Origin: Anaerohalosphaeraceae bacterium | Lineage (GTDB): Bacteria; Planctomycetota; Phycisphaerae; Sedimentisphaerales; Anaerohalosphaeraceae | Length of the DNA stretch: 64,000 nt | Reading direction: 5' to 3' | Assembly: GCA_963675525.2 (NCBI GenBank) | Contig: CAXXSL010000011.1 | Span: forward strand, 1 to 64,000 | Shown here: piece by piece, positions 62,187 to 64,000 of the stretch | Layout of the letters: each line of letters starts with the position of its first letter | Numbering within the stretch: the stretch's first letter is position 1 | Notes under the pieces: generated by a model | What the model saw: only the letters and a program-made list of their open reading frames with translations | Told to the model about the DNA's origin: nothing | Databases searched by the model: none | Translations under genes and position numbers: made by a program

Positions 62187-62831
62187 ATGAAAAGGGCTTG
62201 TTTTTTTATTTCATTTATCGCTTTTTGTAGCTGTATTCATGTCATCGCCGAATCTGAACCGCCCGCCGTTCATTACGGACAAGCAACCGTTGGCACGGTT
62301 CTCCGGATCGACGAGCAGTGTACACTGTATTGCAATATCGAGGGCTTTCCGGCTATCATCGGTGAGAATATGCCGGTAAAGATCAACGGTTTCAAACCCG
62401 CCCCAGGCAGCGAACTGAATCAGAAAATCAAAATATTTCTCTGCGACTTGTTTTTATCAGAGAATAAAAAGACAAATGTCGTCCGTCTGAAAAACATCGC
62501 CCGGGGTGACACATTTTGCCTGCGTGCCGACATTGAGGTTAACGGCAATGATCTGGGCGATCTGCTGGTTGAAAACGGTCTGGCTAAACGTGTCATCGAG
62601 ATCAAGGGGACATCATCTTCACAATCCCAATCGAATATTGCTCAAGACACGGAACCCGCCAGGCAAACATATCAAAGGAAGGCTTATATTGCATCCAAAA
62701 CCAGTAAAGTCTACCACCGTAGTACCTGTCCGCATGCCGCACGCATGGATCAGACAAAAGCTGTTTATTTTTCAACAAAAGCGGAAGCCGAAAAAACCGG
62801 TCGACGGCCCTGTAAGACATGTAATCCATAG
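62187..62831 (+). CDS. Exported SNase-like OB-fold domain plus Ada-type metal-binding domain
   Basis: Signal peptide, ADIEVNG.DLG.LLVENGLA, C-terminal ASKTSKVYH...C...A...GRRPCKTCNP. Confidence 0.8.
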   Translation: MKRACFFISFIAFCSCIHVIAESEPPAVHYGQATVGTVLRIDEQCTLYCNIEGFPAIIGENMPVKINGFKPAPGSELNQKIKIFLCDLFLSENKKTNVVRLKNIARGDTFCLRADIEVNGNDLGDLLVENGLAKRVIEIKGTSSSQSQSNIAQDTEPARQTYQRKAYIASKTSKVYHRSTCPHAARMDQTKAVYFSTKAEAEKTGRRPCKTCNP

Positions 62832-62833
62832 TA

Positions 62834-64000
62834 CTATGGATTGTACCGATTGGTGATGGGCATGCGGCGGTCTCTGCCAAATGCACGAGGGGTAATCTTG
62901 ACTCCCGGTGGATTTTGTCGGCGTTTGTATTCGTTGCGATCCACCATGCGAATGACGCGGCGGACCATTTCTTCCGGAAAACCTGCTTTGATGAGTTCAT
63001 CCGCAGAGTGGTCAAGTTCCACATAATTTTTCAAAACCGCATCCAGCAAGTCATAGTCCGGCAGTGAGTCACTGTCTTTTTGATCATCCCTTAATTCCGC
63101 CGATGGCGGGCGGGTGATAATCGTCTGCGGTATCCGTTCGGTATCAGCTTGCTGGTTAATAAATTCACACAACGTGTAGACCAGCGTCTTGGGGACGTCC
63201 TTGATGACCGCAAAGCCGCCGGCCGTATCGCCGTATAGCGTCGAATAGCCGACCGCCGTTTCGCTCTTATTGCCGGTTGTCAGGACCAGCCAGCCAAATT
63301 GATTGGAGTATGACATCAATATCGTACCGCGAATGCGCGCCTGCAGATTTTCATATGCCAATCCTTTTTCATCCCAGCCGTCCGTCAGCGAAAGCGTTTT
63401 GCTGAATGCATCCAGAGTCTCGGCAATCGGGACACTATGAAATTCAATCCCCAGATTCTCAGCCAGTATTTTTGCGTCGGTGCGGGTTTCACTGGTATTG
63501 AAACGGGATGGCATTGTGATTCCCACGACGTTATCGGAACCCAATGCTTCGGCCGCAATGACAGCCACCAGTGCCGAATCGATCCCGCCGCTAAGCCCAA
63601 TGACCACTTTTGAAAAGCCGTTTTTGCGAATATAATCCCGCGTTCCCAGAACCAACGCCTGATACACTTCGTGCACCTGATCCTCTTCAGATACAAAGAA
63701 CGCCGGGGTTGTCACGGGAATCATATCCAATGAGCCGTCACCTCGCTGCAAATCAATAATGCAAAGATCTTCCCGGAACTCTTTGGCCTGTGTGACAAGG
63801 TCGCCCTGAGCGTCCACGGCCATGCTGCGACCGTCAAACACCAACTCATCCTGCCCTCCCACCAGATTACAGTAAGCCACTGCACAATTGAAATGCCGTG
63901 CGCATCGGGAGAGGATTTCTTTTCGCTGCCGCATCTTTCCGGCATGGAACGGAGAAGCGGAAAGATTAATGATCAAATCAAGTCCGCTTTTGGAGTCACC
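62834..64000 (-). CDS. nadE: Glutamine-dependent NAD+ synthetase, 5' part outside the window
   Basis: NLSASPF, VGGQDELVFDG, GLSGGIDS, ENLQARIRG, TGNKSE, PSAELR, EYKRRQ. Confidence 0.97.
   Translation of the reverse strand, partial: GDSKSGLDLIINLSASPFHAGKMRQRKEILSRCARHFNCAVAYCNLVGGQDELVFDGRSMAVDAQGDLVTQAKEFREDLCIIDLQRGDGSLDMIPVTTPAFFVSEEDQVHEVYQALVLGTRDYIRKNGFSKVVIGLSGGIDSALVAVIAAEALGSDNVVGITMPSRFNTSETRTDAKILAENLGIEFHSVPIAETLDAFSKTLSLTDGWDEKGLAYENLQARIRGTILMSYSNQFGWLVLTTGNKSETAVGYSTLYGDTAGGFAVIKDVPKTLVYTLCEFINQQADTERIPQTIITRPPSAELRDDQKDSDSLPDYDLLDAVLKNYVELDHSADELIKAGFPEEMVRRVIRMVDRNEYKRRQNPPGVKITPRAFGRDRRMPITNRYNP

Overview
Bacterial chromosomal segment of about 40 CDS and 2 tRNAs (Arg-TCT, Cys-GCA). 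It probably comes from a Planctomycetota/Phycisphaerae organism; this is inference from the AroD-AroE fusion, a dockerin-like secreted protein, a KS/CLF-ACP-dehydratase cluster and planctomycete-style palindromic repeats. Housekeeping and envelope genes include alr, mdh, serS, argG, aroDE, monomeric icd, an lpxK-hldE-gmhB-waaF-kinase-GT4-plsY operon, azoR and a partial nadE. The first ~2.7 kb (GH29 fucosidase, class I aminotransferase) is broken by frameshifts that look like sequencing error. Best leads: (1) a divergent STT3/PglB-like transferase plus a lipid-carrier GT2 near a secreted protein with 12 D/E-P-N motifs, possibly a non-canonical glycosylation system; (2) a gamma-glutamylcyclotransferase fused to a glutamine-synthetase-like ligase domain; (3) an unannotated ~130-nt structured RNA with a near-consensus promoter, plus two micro-ORFs with their own promoters; (4) four SigW-type ECF promoters before SPFH, redoxin, LOV-phosphatase and azoR genes; (5) a KS/CLF type II synthase cluster with an enlarged ACP; (6) a two-partner secretion adhesin; (7) a mosaic of palindromic repeats around an AT-rich cargo gene. 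No CRISPR array, integrase or transposase was seen. All calls are by eye from motifs; no searches were run.
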